Below, piece by piece: positions 7,601 to 17,218 of a DNA stretch of 63,376 bases. Each line of letters starts with the position of its first letter. Positions within the stretch are counted from its first letter, which is position 1. The stretch is taken from assembly GCA_964515405.1 (NCBI GenBank), contig CAZERD010000003.1, positions 1 to 63,376 of the forward strand, read 5' to 3'. The DNA comes from an uncultured Desulfurellales bacterium (GTDB taxonomy: Bacteria; Campylobacterota_A; Desulfurellia; Desulfurellales; CAZERD01). The translations under genes and the position numbers were made by a program. The notes under the pieces were generated by a model. That model saw only the letters and a list, made by a program, of their open reading frames with translations, made no database searches and had not been told where the DNA came from.

Positions 7601-9610
7601 ATGGGAAAAGTTGAACGCATTAAACTCCCCGATGAACTACCGCCATACCCTAAATTTGAGGAAGGAGTAAGAAGAGCCCCTGCAAGACACTTCAATCTGA
7701 GTCCATCACAAGTAAAACTCGCCCTAAAAAACGCCCTCAGATACGTTCCTAAGCATCTTCACGAGCGACTGATACATGAATTTCTCAAAGAATTAAAAAC
7801 ACGAGGCAGAATATACGCTTACCGATACAGACCAGAGGGTAGAATCTGGGGCAAACCCATCGAACAATACCGCGGAAAAACAGTAGAAGGAAAAGCCTTC
7901 CAGGTGATGGTAGACAATAACCTTGACTTTGACGTGGCCCTTTATCCATATGAACTTGTAACATATGGTGAAACAGGGCAAGTATTCCAGAATTGGATGC
8001 AGTACGTACTCGTAAAGCGTTATCTTGAAGTCATGGAAAAAGACCAAACCCTAGTTATAATGTCTGGTCACCCCTTAGGTCTGTTCAAATCCCACGAGGA
8101 AGCCCCACGGGTAATCATCACAAACTCCATGATGGTTGGCATGTTTGACAACCCAGAGGATTGGAATACCGCAGCCCAACTTGGGGTAGCAAATTACGGA
8201 CAGATGACAGCCGGAGGATGGATGTACATAGGCCCACAGGGAATCGTACACGGAACATATATCACTATCCTAAACGCAGCAAGACTATTTCTCAATGTAC
8301 CGTGGGATAGAGATCTCTCAGGACATCTCTTCGTGAGCTCTGGGCTTGGAGGCATGAGCGGAGCCCAAGCAAAAGCCGTTGAGATAGCAGGTGGAGTAGG
8401 AATAATAGCTGAAGTTGACGAATCAAGGATAAAAACAAGAAAGTCCCAAAAGTGGCTCAGCGTGGCAACCAACAGCCTATCAGAAGCTTTCTCCATTGCT
8501 CATAAGCATATTAAAGACAAGAAACCCATATCCATAGGATACCACGGCAACATCGTTGACCTTTTAGAGTACGCCGTGAACAACAACATTGACATAGAAC
8601 TCCTCTCAGACCAAACTTCCTGCCACGTGCCATATGACGGAGGCTATATCCCCCAGGGCCTCACCCTTGAAGAAAGCAGAGCAATGATAAAGAACAACCA
8701 TTCCAAATTCATAGAACATGTAAACTCATCACTCAAAAAACACTTTGGTCTTATAAAGAAACTCACAGAGAGAGGAAGTCACTTTTGGGACTACGGTAAC
8801 AGTTTTCTTAAGGCCGTATTTGATGCAGGCGTGAAAGAAGTCGCAAAAAACGGTTTCGACACAAGCGAGGGATTCATATTCCCCTCCTACGTTGAGGACA
8901 TAATGGGACCCTTATACTTTGATTACGGGTACGGGCCATTTAGATGGGTATGCCTATCAAGAAGACATGAGGACTTAATAAAAACAGATATGGCAGCCCT
9001 GCTTCTTATAAACAAGAACCGCAGGATGCAGGATAGAGATAACTACTATTGGATAAAAAATGCAGAAAAAAACAACCTTGTCGTTGGGACTGAAGCAAGA
9101 ATACTGTATGCTGACGCTCCAACAAGAACAGCAATAGCTTTAAAATTCAACGAAATGGTAAGAAAGGGTGAAATAGGGCCAGTGATGCTGGGAAGAGACC
9201 ACCACGATACCGGCGGCACAGACTCACCTTTCAGAGAAACAGCCAACATCAGGGATGGGAGCAACATCATGGCTGACATGTCAGTACACTGTTTCGCTGG
9301 AAACGCCGCACGGGGTATGAGCATGGTAGTCCTAAGCAACGGTGGAGGTGTTGGAATAGGAAAGGCAAAAAACGGGGGATTCGGGCTCGTTCTTGACGGT
9401 TCAGAAAGAATAGATGGAATAATAAGGAGGGCTATACCCTGGGACGTGATGGTAGGCGTAAGCAGGAGAGCATGGGCAAGAAACGAACACGCCCTTGCCG
9501 TAGTCAAGGAATGGAATAAAGACAGTGAGGATATAATAACAGTACCAGAATTAGCAGATGATGAACTTCTGGAAAATGTTGTGAAAGAGGAACTGAGAGA
9601 TGAGCTGTAA
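7601..9610 (+). CDS. hutU: Urocanate hydratase, long (669-aa) form
   Basis: GGWMYIGPQGIVHGTY and ELVTYGETGQVFQNW motifs. The N-terminal extension (NLSPSQVKLALKNALRYVP) resembles the ~670-aa eukaryote-type urocanases. AGGAGG Shine-Dalgarno. Confidence 0.9.
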   Translation: MGKVERIKLPDELPPYPKFEEGVRRAPARHFNLSPSQVKLALKNALRYVPKHLHERLIHEFLKELKTRGRIYAYRYRPEGRIWGKPIEQYRGKTVEGKAFQVMVDNNLDFDVALYPYELVTYGETGQVFQNWMQYVLVKRYLEVMEKDQTLVIMSGHPLGLFKSHEEAPRVIITNSMMVGMFDNPEDWNTAAQLGVANYGQMTAGGWMYIGPQGIVHGTYITILNAARLFLNVPWDRDLSGHLFVSSGLGGMSGAQAKAVEIAGGVGIIAEVDESRIKTRKSQKWLSVATNSLSEAFSIAHKHIKDKKPISIGYHGNIVDLLEYAVNNNIDIELLSDQTSCHVPYDGGYIPQGLTLEESRAMIKNNHSKFIEHVNSSLKKHFGLIKKLTERGSHFWDYGNSFLKAVFDAGVKEVAKNGFDTSEGFIFPSYVEDIMGPLYFDYGYGPFRWVCLSRRHEDLIKTDMAALLLINKNRRMQDRDNYYWIKNAEKNNLVVGTEARILYADAPTRTAIALKFNEMVRKGEIGPVMLGRDHHDTGGTDSPFRETANIRDGSNIMADMSVHCFAGNAARGMSMVVLSNGGGVGIGKAKNGGFGLVLDGSERIDGIIRRAIPWDVMVGVSRRAWARNEHALAVVKEWNKDSEDIITVPELADDELLENVVKEELRDEL

Positions 9611-10865
9611 CATTGATACGCTCATAGTGAATGCCAATATTTTTACAGTGGCTGACACGCAAAAGAGGGCAAAACGGGGTGAGGAATTAAAGGAACTCTT
9701 CGTAATAGAAAACGGAGCAATAGCCATACATAACGGAAGCATAGTGGATGTGGGACCAACAAAACACCTCATAAGAATCTATGGGGATGCACGTAACATA
9801 ACAGATGTTGAGGGCAACGCTGTACTACCCGGATTCATTGATCCACATACCCATGCCGTGTTTATCGGAACTAGGGAAAATGAATTCAGGATGAGACTTG
9901 AAGGAAAAACATACTTAGAAATCCTGAAAAACGGCGGTGGAATCATAAGTACAGTAAAAAGAGTCAGAGAAAGCTCCCTGGAAAAATTAATAGAGGCAAC
10001 AGCTGAAAGAATAAAAACATTCTACGAGTGGGGAACAACCACCATAGAAGCAAAAAGCGGGTACGGATTGAATTTTGAATCTGAAATAAAACAGCTAAAA
10101 GCAATAAAGGAACTCAACAGAACCCTGTCGTGTGAGATAATACCCACCTTCACGGGAGCTCATGCAATACCAACAGATATACCAAAAGGAAAGTACATTG
10201 ATAGCGTTATCAACGAAATGATACCATACGTAGCAACCAATAAACTCGCAGAGTTTATAGATGTGTTCTGTGAAAAGGGAGTATACTCCGCCTCAGAAAC
10301 AAAAGCCATACTAAACCAGGGGTTCAAATATGGTCTCAAAGCAAGAATACACTCTGATGAAATAGAAGCTATAGGATGCACTGAACTGGCTGACGAAATA
10401 CCTATGGTATCATGCGACCACCTTTTGAAAATAACGGAAAAAGGCATGGAAATATTAGCAAAAACCGGAACAATAGCTGTATTATTGCCCGGAACTGCCT
10501 TCAGCCTAAGAGAAACCTATGCTCCGGCCAGAAAAATGATAAAAGCAGGCATACCCATATCGTTAGCCACGGATTGCAATCCTGGAAGCTCATTCACCGA
10601 ATCAATGCCCACAATTATCACGCTATCTGTTATGGAAATGGGGCTCGCCATTGAAGAAGCTATAACAGCTTGCACCCTGAACGCAGCTTACTCACTCGGC
10701 AGAGAAAACACATTGGGAAGCATAGAAAAAGGGAAACAAGCAGACCTGATAATCCTGAAGTACCCACACCCCATATTCATACCTTACCACTTTGGTGTAA
10801 ACCCTATATTCGCCACATACAAAAGGGGAAGGAGGGTTTATAGTGCTCCTTCAGCAGATCGTTAA
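9600..10865 (+). CDS. hutI: Imidazolonepropionase
   Basis: Amidohydrolase motifs FIDPHTHAVF, RIHSDEIE and ATDCNPGS. Overlaps the end of hutU by 11 nt. Confidence 0.9.
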   Translation: MSCNIDTLIVNANIFTVADTQKRAKRGEELKELFVIENGAIAIHNGSIVDVGPTKHLIRIYGDARNITDVEGNAVLPGFIDPHTHAVFIGTRENEFRMRLEGKTYLEILKNGGGIISTVKRVRESSLEKLIEATAERIKTFYEWGTTTIEAKSGYGLNFESEIKQLKAIKELNRTLSCEIIPTFTGAHAIPTDIPKGKYIDSVINEMIPYVATNKLAEFIDVFCEKGVYSASETKAILNQGFKYGLKARIHSDEIEAIGCTELADEIPMVSCDHLLKITEKGMEILAKTGTIAVLLPGTAFSLRETYAPARKMIKAGIPISLATDCNPGSSFTESMPTIITLSVMEMGLAIEEAITACTLNAAYSLGRENTLGSIEKGKQADLIILKYPHPIFIPYHFGVNPIFATYKRGRRVYSAPSADR

Positions 10866-11709
10866 CGGTTTAACCATAGGTGGGGTATACGCACTCATAG
10901 CTGTAGGACTCGCTATGGTCTACGGCATACTCAGAATCATTCATGTAGCCCATGCGGGTGTATATGTGGTAGGTGCATATACCGGACTCTACACATTCAC
11001 ACTCACAGGGAGTCTTATCCTCTCAATGGCAGCAGCCATGGTCGTAAGTGCGCTGGTGGGCGTACTGATTCAGGATCTCGTGTATTTCCCATTACTAAAG
11101 TATCCACCTATAGTACCCCTGATAGCCAGTATAGGCATATTCATAAGCCTTGAAGAGGGCATGAGGCTCATATTTGGACCGTATATCCAGTCATTTCCAA
11201 AACACCTATTTGGCGAGGAGTTCCATATCGGCACCATAGTAATAGGTGGCTCTCAGCTAATTGTCTTAGCAGTATCCTTTTTTTCCATACTGGCTCTATG
11301 GTATATAACCGAACACACAAAATTTGGCATGAGCCTAAAAGCGATATCGCAGGACATGGAGATGGCAGAGGTAATGTCAATAAACAGCAAAAAAACAACG
11401 CTAATGGCATTCGCCCTGGGCTCTGCCCTGGCTGGTATCGCAGGCGTACTTGTCGGGGTATATTTCAACTCTGTTTATCCATCCATGGGCGATATGCCTG
11501 CATACAAATCCTTAGCTATTATAGTGGTTGGGGGAATGGGCAACATATGGGGAGCATTCTATGCAGCATTGCTCATAGGTCTAATAGAAGCCCTGTCAGT
11601 GGGAATATTCAATATCCCACTACCAAGAAATTCACTGGCGTTTTTGTTCATGATACTAGTCCTTATGATCAAACCGGAGGGTCTAACATCAGTATTTGGT
11701 AAGGGATAG
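10843..11709 (+). CDS. Branched-chain-type ABC transporter permease (LivH-like)
   Basis: Multi-pass membrane protein starting LLQQIVNGLTIGGVYALIAVGLAMVYG, the canonical LivH N-terminus. GTG start. Confidence 0.8.
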   Translation: MLLQQIVNGLTIGGVYALIAVGLAMVYGILRIIHVAHAGVYVVGAYTGLYTFTLTGSLILSMAAAMVVSALVGVLIQDLVYFPLLKYPPIVPLIASIGIFISLEEGMRLIFGPYIQSFPKHLFGEEFHIGTIVIGGSQLIVLAVSFFSILALWYITEHTKFGMSLKAISQDMEMAEVMSINSKKTTLMAFALGSALAGIAGVLVGVYFNSVYPSMGDMPAYKSLAIIVVGGMGNIWGAFYAALLIGLIEALSVGIFNIPLPRNSLAFLFMILVLMIKPEGLTSVFGKG

Positions 11710-11712
11710 GAA

Positions 11713-12591
11713 ATGTCTGCTTACATGTGTACTCTGCTAACCATAATAGGCATGTACATGATCTTAGCACTGAGTCTCAATATAATAGTCGGATATGCAG
11801 GACAAATATCACTGGGACACGCAGCATTTTGGGGCATAGGAGCATATTCCTTCGCTGTCCTCACCACAAAATTCTCCATCCCATTTCTGGAGTCAAGCAT
11901 AATAGCTGTTATAATAACCGCTATAATAGGCATAATACTCGGACTACCCAGCCTAAGAGTCAGGGATGATTTTCTCGCCATCACTACAATAGGCATAAAC
12001 TTCATTGTACAGGCCGTATTCAAATACGTAAAGTTTTTCGGCGGAGCAATGGGTATAGGAAACATCCCATTTCCAACATGGAATGGAACCATGATCTCAT
12101 CGGGTGAGTTTCTGGGGCTCACGTATCTGATGGTTGTATTCACCATAGCCATAAGTTACGCATTCAAACGTTCATGGGCAGGACTTGCCTCCTCAGCCAT
12201 AAAAGACGACGAGCTGGCCTCAAGCATCTCTGGGGTGGATCCTCGTAGATTCAAGGTAATGACATTTGCCCTGGGCTCTGCCTTGGCTGGTATTGCAGGC
12301 GTTCTATACGCAAGTTTCATGGGATTTATAAGTGCGAATACATTCTCCTTTCCAGTATCCGTAACAATACTTGCAATGGTTATGGTGGGAGGAGAAAACA
12401 CAATCATCGGTCCCATGTTCGGTGCCGTACTACTTGTGGTTATGCCTGAACTATTCAGGCCCATACACAACTACAGAATGTTGCTGTACGGTGGGCTGTT
12501 GCTTCTTATGATGAGATTCCAGCCGAGCGGGTTTTTCGGAAGAGAGGGAATACTATGGACGCTAATAAAACCAAAGAGATCCTACAGATAA
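11713..12591 (+). CDS. Branched-chain-type ABC transporter permease (LivM-like)
   Basis: Multi-pass membrane protein with the LivM-type segments GYAGQISLGHAAFWGIGAY and FALGSALAGIAGVLYA. Confidence 0.8.
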   Translation: MSAYMCTLLTIIGMYMILALSLNIIVGYAGQISLGHAAFWGIGAYSFAVLTTKFSIPFLESSIIAVIITAIIGIILGLPSLRVRDDFLAITTIGINFIVQAVFKYVKFFGGAMGIGNIPFPTWNGTMISSGEFLGLTYLMVVFTIAISYAFKRSWAGLASSAIKDDELASSISGVDPRRFKVMTFALGSALAGIAGVLYASFMGFISANTFSFPVSVTILAMVMVGGENTIIGPMFGAVLLVVMPELFRPIHNYRMLLYGGLLLLMMRFQPSGFFGREGILWTLIKPKRSYR

Positions 12592-13325
12592 ACAGCATAA
12601 CAAAGCTATTTAGCGGACTCAAAGCCTTGGACAGCGTTACATATTCTATTAGAAGGGGAGGTATATTCGGGATAGTTGGTCCAAACGGTGCCGGAAAAAC
12701 TACCTTGTTTAATATAATAAGTGGTGTGCTCAAACCAACCCACGGGAGTATATACTTGAATGGAGAAGAAACAACAGGCCTACCATCCCATCTAATGGTA
12801 AGAAAAGGCATAGGAAGAACCTTCCAAGTGGTGAGACCTTTCCGACACCTTTCAGTCCTTGAAAATGTTATGGTAGCCCACGGAATTAAGTTCTATCCCA
12901 GTATAAAGTGTTTCGGCATGTGGAAAAACAAACAGAACATAAAGAAGGTAGAATCAATCTTAGAGATAACTGGCCTGCTAAAGTTCAAGGACAGGCCAGC
13001 AGATACACTACCCCTCGGGTTTCAAAGGAAACTTGAAATAGCCAGGGCATTGGCCACGGATCCATCAATCGTACTCCTCGATGAATCATTCTCAGGGCTT
13101 AGCTTCTCAGAAATGGACGAGCTAAAAGAACTGGTGTTATCATTGAACAAAGATGGGATAACGATACTGATAATAGAACACAACATGCCCATTGTAATGG
13201 AACTCTGTGAACGTGTGATGGTGCTCAATTACGGTAAAAAAATAGCTGAAGGCATACCCAAAGACGTCGTGAATAACCCTACAGTCATAGAGGCTTACCT
13301 TGGAAGAAAGAGAAAGCTTAATTGA
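12555..13325 (+). CDS. ABC transporter ATP-binding protein (LivG-like)
   Basis: Walker A GPNGAGKTT, signature-like LPLGFQRKLEIARAL, Walker B IVLLDES, and the LivG-type C-terminal end VIEAYLG. Confidence 0.85.
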   Translation: MDANKTKEILQINSITKLFSGLKALDSVTYSIRRGGIFGIVGPNGAGKTTLFNIISGVLKPTHGSIYLNGEETTGLPSHLMVRKGIGRTFQVVRPFRHLSVLENVMVAHGIKFYPSIKCFGMWKNKQNIKKVESILEITGLLKFKDRPADTLPLGFQRKLEIARALATDPSIVLLDESFSGLSFSEMDELKELVLSLNKDGITILIIEHNMPIVMELCERVMVLNYGKKIAEGIPKDVVNNPTVIEAYLGRKRKLN

Positions 13326-14022
13326 AATAAAGGAACTTGAAGTCTCATATGGAGAGATAAAAGCCCTGAGAGGTATAACCCTCTCCGTGAAAAAACACGA
13401 ATGCGTTTCTGTTGTAGGAGCAAACGGCGCTGGAAAAAGCACACTCCTAAAAACAATAATGGGTTTAACACGTAAGAACAAGGGGCAGATAATTTATTCT
13501 GGAAGGGATATATCGAATCTTCCAGCCCACAGGAGAGCCAAATTGGGTATATCCCTTGTGCCTGAGGGAGGCAGAGTATTTCCTAAAATACCGGTTATAG
13601 GGAACTTGATGCTCGGGGCATACAGAGAGAAAAATAAAAGAATCATAGAACAAAGAGTAGAAGAGGTGTTCTCAATATTCCCCAGGCTCGCCGAGAGAAA
13701 AAATCAAACGGCAGGTACGCTTTCCGGTGGTGAAAGACAGATGCTTGCAGTGGCAAGGGCTTTAATGAGCGAACCAGAACTGCTCATGATAGACGAGATT
13801 TCACTGGGGCTCATGCCCAAACTCGTTGATACAGTATTTGAAACCATAGAAACCTTACACAAGAGAGGGATAACACTCCTATTGGCCGAACAGAATGCCC
13901 AAAAGGCCATAGAGGTATCACAAAGGATATACATACTCGAACTAGGCAGAATAGTGAAACACGGAGCCGCCGAAGGGATAATAGAGGATGAAGATATTAA
14001 GAAAGCCTACTTAGGTTACTAA
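13300..14022 (+). CDS. ABC transporter ATP-binding protein (LivF-like)
   Basis: Walker A GANGAGKST, signature LSGGERQML, Walker B LLMIDEIS, and the LivF-type end KKAYLG. The start (TTG 13300) is uncertain. Confidence 0.85.
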   Translation: MEERESLIEIKELEVSYGEIKALRGITLSVKKHECVSVVGANGAGKSTLLKTIMGLTRKNKGQIIYSGRDISNLPAHRRAKLGISLVPEGGRVFPKIPVIGNLMLGAYREKNKRIIEQRVEEVFSIFPRLAERKNQTAGTLSGGERQMLAVARALMSEPELLMIDEISLGLMPKLVDTVFETIETLHKRGITLLLAEQNAQKAIEVSQRIYILELGRIVKHGAAEGIIEDEDIKKAYLGY

Positions 14023-14037
14023 AAAAGGAACTTCTTA

Positions 14038-14066
14038 TTGACCTAACATAAAATACAGCCTATAAT
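14038..14066 (+). promoter_or_regulatory. Candidate sigma70-type promoter for the ODP-MCP-membrane-cynS operon
   Basis: TTGACC at 14038-14043, a 17-nt spacer, TATAAT at 14061-14066. GGAGG Shine-Dalgarno at about 14090 and ATG at 14101. Confidence 0.55.
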
Positions 14067-14100
14067 CAGGATATAGCATTGTTTTGAACGGAGGCAAACT

Positions 14101-14880
14101 ATGGCCTACTGTAGTAAATCCAATTCAGACGTGGACCTGGAAAAGGGTGAGATTTTATACGAGGAACCGGGATACCAATTCATATGGCTGGGGTGGGGAA
14201 AGTTTGACGAAGGGCTTATACAAACAAACCAGTACCTCATCATCAACAACGGAAAGGGAATACTCCTTGACCCAGGGGGCATACACATATTCCCCAAAGT
14301 GGTCGCAAACATCACAAACTATATAGATCTCGAGAACATCAAGTATATCTTCTTCACCCATCAAGACCCAGATGTGAGTTCGGGGTTATCCATGTGGTTA
14401 TCCGTGACAGAAGCCAGTGTTTACATCTCTTCACTGTGGGTAAGGTTTCTACCACACCTTGGCATAACAGACCTCTCCAGAATAAAACCCATAGAAGACA
14501 GTGGCGGCACCTTGGAACACGCAAGATTTATTCCCGCACACTTTTTGCATTCACCTGGCTTTCATACGCTGTATGACCAAAAATCCAAAATACTATTCAG
14601 TGGAGACATAGGAGCCGCTGTGTTCTCTGAATCTGAAAAATACCTATTCGTGGATGATTTTGACACCCATGTGAAATTGATGGAAGCTTTCCATAAAAGA
14701 TACATGGCATCCTCCAACGCATGCAGGAAATTCATCAGCCTCATAAGGCAGCTGGATATAGAAATGATAGCTCCACAACACGGGGGTGTTTTCAGAGGAA
14801 AATCCGTGAAGAAATTCATAGATTGGTTGGAAAGGTTAAAATGTGGAAGCGATATAATTGACGAAATATCTGGTATGTGA
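14101..14880 (+). CDS. Metallo-beta-lactamase-fold di-iron protein, ODP-like (flavodiiron-type metal domain without a flavodoxin domain)
   Basis: [12 protein letters not shown] metal motif, further His/Asp ligand candidates ([24 protein letters not shown]), about 260 aa, directly upstream of a sensorless MCP. Confidence 0.65.
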   Translation: MAYCSKSNSDVDLEKGEILYEEPGYQFIWLGWGKFDEGLIQTNQYLIINNGKGILLDPGGIHIFPKVVANITNYIDLENIKYIFFTHQDPDVSSGLSMWLSVTEASVYISSLWVRFLPHLGITDLSRIKPIEDSGGTLEHARFIPAHFLHSPGFHTLYDQKSKILFSGDIGAAVFSESEKYLFVDDFDTHVKLMEAFHKRYMASSNACRKFISLIRQLDIEMIAPQHGGVFRGKSVKKFIDWLERLKCGSDIIDEISGM

Positions 14881-14889
14881 GGTTCACAA

Positions 14890-15744
14890 ATGTCCGATTC
14901 AATAAATCGACATACAGGACCAAAGGAAAACGCGATAAAAAAGCTCTCTATGGGCGTAATAAAGAGCTCTCTCCTATCAACGGCAATGGTAGAAAGCATA
15001 AATATCATATCCCATAACATAGCAACACTGGATGACGAAATGAAAACCTTCTCTGCATCACTTGAAGAAATGGACGGAAACCTCAGGGGAATGAAAGACA
15101 ATATACTGAGCGTGAATGACAGTTTTAAAACTTTCAACAGCGATATAGGAGAGATAGCGGAGAATATAGTAAAAAGAAGCAACGACCTTGAGGAAAGAAA
15201 GAGTGACATAGGGGAATTTGTAGAGGAAATAAAGGGACTTGGCAGGGTGGCAGAAACAGTCAACTCAATAACAGACAACATATCCGAGATAGCAAGCCAA
15301 ACAAATCTCCTTGCCCTGAACGCAGCGATAGAAGCAGCAAGGGTCGGGGATAAAGGAAAAGGATTTGGAGTGGTAGCGGACGAGATAAAAAAACTTGCAG
15401 ATAAATCGCACAACCTTGCCGCAAGGATACAGGATATAATGGATGAATTTAATGACAAGCTAGACGAGATCCTGGAAAACGTAGAAGTGGTGTATAAGTT
15501 TCTTGAAACACTCAGCAGTGACTTTCAGAAATTTGCAGGCGTGTTTTCAGAGGTCAACGACACATCAAACACCATAGGCGAAGCTCTGAATGAAAATACT
15601 CTTGCAATCAATGAACACGCTGAAGTAATAAGCGATCTGGTGGAAAGGGTGGCGAACATATACAGACTCCTGAACAATATGCTTAAAGTTGTCAACGCTC
15701 TAAAGTATGCTAACAATAGAATAGAAAAACTTGTTAAACTGTGA
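14890..15744 (+). CDS. Soluble methyl-accepting chemotaxis protein (signalling domain only; no TM or sensor domain)
   Basis: Highly conserved MCP hairpin tip [38 protein letters not shown]. 284 aa with no hydrophobic segments. Confidence 0.85.
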   Translation: MSDSINRHTGPKENAIKKLSMGVIKSSLLSTAMVESINIISHNIATLDDEMKTFSASLEEMDGNLRGMKDNILSVNDSFKTFNSDIGEIAENIVKRSNDLEERKSDIGEFVEEIKGLGRVAETVNSITDNISEIASQTNLLALNAAIEAARVGDKGKGFGVVADEIKKLADKSHNLAARIQDIMDEFNDKLDEILENVEVVYKFLETLSSDFQKFAGVFSEVNDTSNTIGEALNENTLAINEHAEVISDLVERVANIYRLLNNMLKVVNALKYANNRIEKLVKL

Positions 15745-15748
15745 GAGC

Positions 15749-16369
15749 ATGACATCCTACAAACCATTTACCATAGGCGAAGTACTATCTGTCTCCTGGG
15801 AAATAGTGAAAAGGAAGTTTCTCTTCTTCATAGTAATCATGATCATCATGCTGCTCACTGTTACAATCCTGGATTCAATAACCCACTCGGCAAACTGGAT
15901 CCTGCTGAAAACCGCCTCTGTGGTACTGGCCTACATAGTCTCATGGGTATTTGAAACAGGCATGATAAACATTTCCCTCATTCTCTGCGACGGTAAAAGA
16001 CCCCAGTACTCAGACATGTTTCCTCCTTTCCCCTTACTGCTAAACTTTATAGGAGCTTCTATACTCTATGCTCTGATCATCTTTGTCGGTCTATTACTGT
16101 TGGTCATACCCGGAATAATATGGAGCGTATCCTTTTCACTTTATGGATTTTCAATAGTTGATGAAGGACTTGAACCAGTCTCAGCGCTCAAGAAAAGCAG
16201 CGAACTAACCAGAGGCATGCGGTGGGAAATTTTCGGCCTTATCATAATATTAACTGCGTTAAATACTATAGGCGCACTCCTGCTAGGGCTTGGTTTACTT
16301 GTCACGGTTCCACTGTCGTTTGTATCCATGAGCTACGTATACAGAAAACTAGAAAGCCACAGGAGGTGA
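15749..16369 (+). CDS. Integral membrane protein of unknown function (about 5-6 TM)
   Basis: Several long hydrophobic segments. Start moved to ATG 15749 (MTSYKPF), 4 nt after the MCP stop. Family not confidently recognised. Confidence 0.55.
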   Translation: MTSYKPFTIGEVLSVSWEIVKRKFLFFIVIMIIMLLTVTILDSITHSANWILLKTASVVLAYIVSWVFETGMINISLILCDGKRPQYSDMFPPFPLLLNFIGASILYALIIFVGLLLLVIPGIIWSVSFSLYGFSIVDEGLEPVSALKKSSELTRGMRWEIFGLIIILTALNTIGALLLGLGLLVTVPLSFVSMSYVYRKLESHRR

Positions 16370-16372
16370 AAT

Positions 16373-16813
16373 ATGGAGTTACCAAAGGTAACTGAAGTGC
16401 TGTTGGAAGCCAAAGAAAAGAAAAACCTAACCTTTGAAGAACTGGGTAAACTCATAGGTAGAAATGAGGTATGGGTAGCCGCTCTGTTCTACAGACAAGC
16501 AAGTGCATCAGAGGAGGAAGCCAAAAAACTTGTATCAGAGCTAGAACTCGGTAAAGAGATAGCAAAGGAACTCACCAAATTCCCCACAAAAGGGCTTGGA
16601 CCTTCCATACCAACAGATCCACTCATATACAGGCTCTATGAAATCATACAGGTTTATGGTATGCCTATTAAATCAGTGATACATGAAAAATTCGGTGATG
16701 GAATAATGAGTGCCATAGACTTCACGATAAACATAGACAAGGAGAAAGATCCTAAGGGAGACCGCGTAAAGATTATTCTATCAGGTAAATTCCTCCCGTA
16801 CAAAAAGTGGTAA
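16373..16813 (+). CDS. cynS: Cyanate hydratase (cyanase)
   Basis: Full-length resemblance to CynS: N-terminal HTH-like region ([22 protein letters not shown]) and C-terminal catalytic region ([24 protein letters not shown]). 146 aa. Confidence 0.85.
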   Translation: MELPKVTEVLLEAKEKKNLTFEELGKLIGRNEVWVAALFYRQASASEEEAKKLVSELELGKEIAKELTKFPTKGLGPSIPTDPLIYRLYEIIQVYGMPIKSVIHEKFGDGIMSAIDFTINIDKEKDPKGDRVKIILSGKFLPYKKW

Positions 16814-16840
16814 CAAATGGAAATATAGTCAAGGCAGCTC

Positions 16841-17215
16841 TCACTCCTCCTCAACAGTGATCTCAACAATTGTAGTCTCTCGCTTTGGAGAGAGAGCTGT
16901 CTTTCTGGCGTACTCTTCTTCTATTTTTCTCCTGAGCCTATCTTCCAGGTTCTCTATCACCTCATGGAGTTCTTCTATCTGCCTCTTCATCCTCAAAATT
17001 ATATCAACCCCTGCAAGGTTCACACCTAAACCCTGGGTAAGCTCCCGTATGAACTTTATTTCCTCAATGTCTTCATCCGTGTAAATCCTTATACCACCTG
17101 GCGTTCTCTTCGTCCTTATAAGCCCTTCCCTCTCATACTCCCTTATGGTATGAGGATGTATCTCAAGCATCTCCGCTACCATACCTATTGAATAATATCC
17201 TTTCTTAACCCTCAT
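16841..17215 (-). CDS. hspR: MerR-family heat-shock repressor HspR
   Basis: YSIGMVAEMLEIHPHTIREYEREGLI HTH followed by a coiled-coil tail. Located immediately downstream of a J-protein gene, as in cbpA-hspR operons. Confidence 0.8.
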   Translation of the reverse strand: MRVKKGYYSIGMVAEMLEIHPHTIREYEREGLIRTKRTPGGIRIYTDEDIEEIKFIRELTQGLGVNLAGVDIILRMKRQIEELHEVIENLEDRLRRKIEEEYARKTALSPKRETTIVEITVEEE

Positions 17216-17218
17216 GGC

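Noticed and set aside
14562-15458. 298-aa ORF antisense to the soluble MCP. Similar long antisense ORFs occur at 42826-43533 (second MCP) and 19392-20285 (clpB).
   Set aside because: These are shadow ORFs. The sense genes have unambiguous conserved motifs, while the antisense products are S/L/F/I-rich low complexity, as expected opposite A-rich coiled-coil coding sequence.
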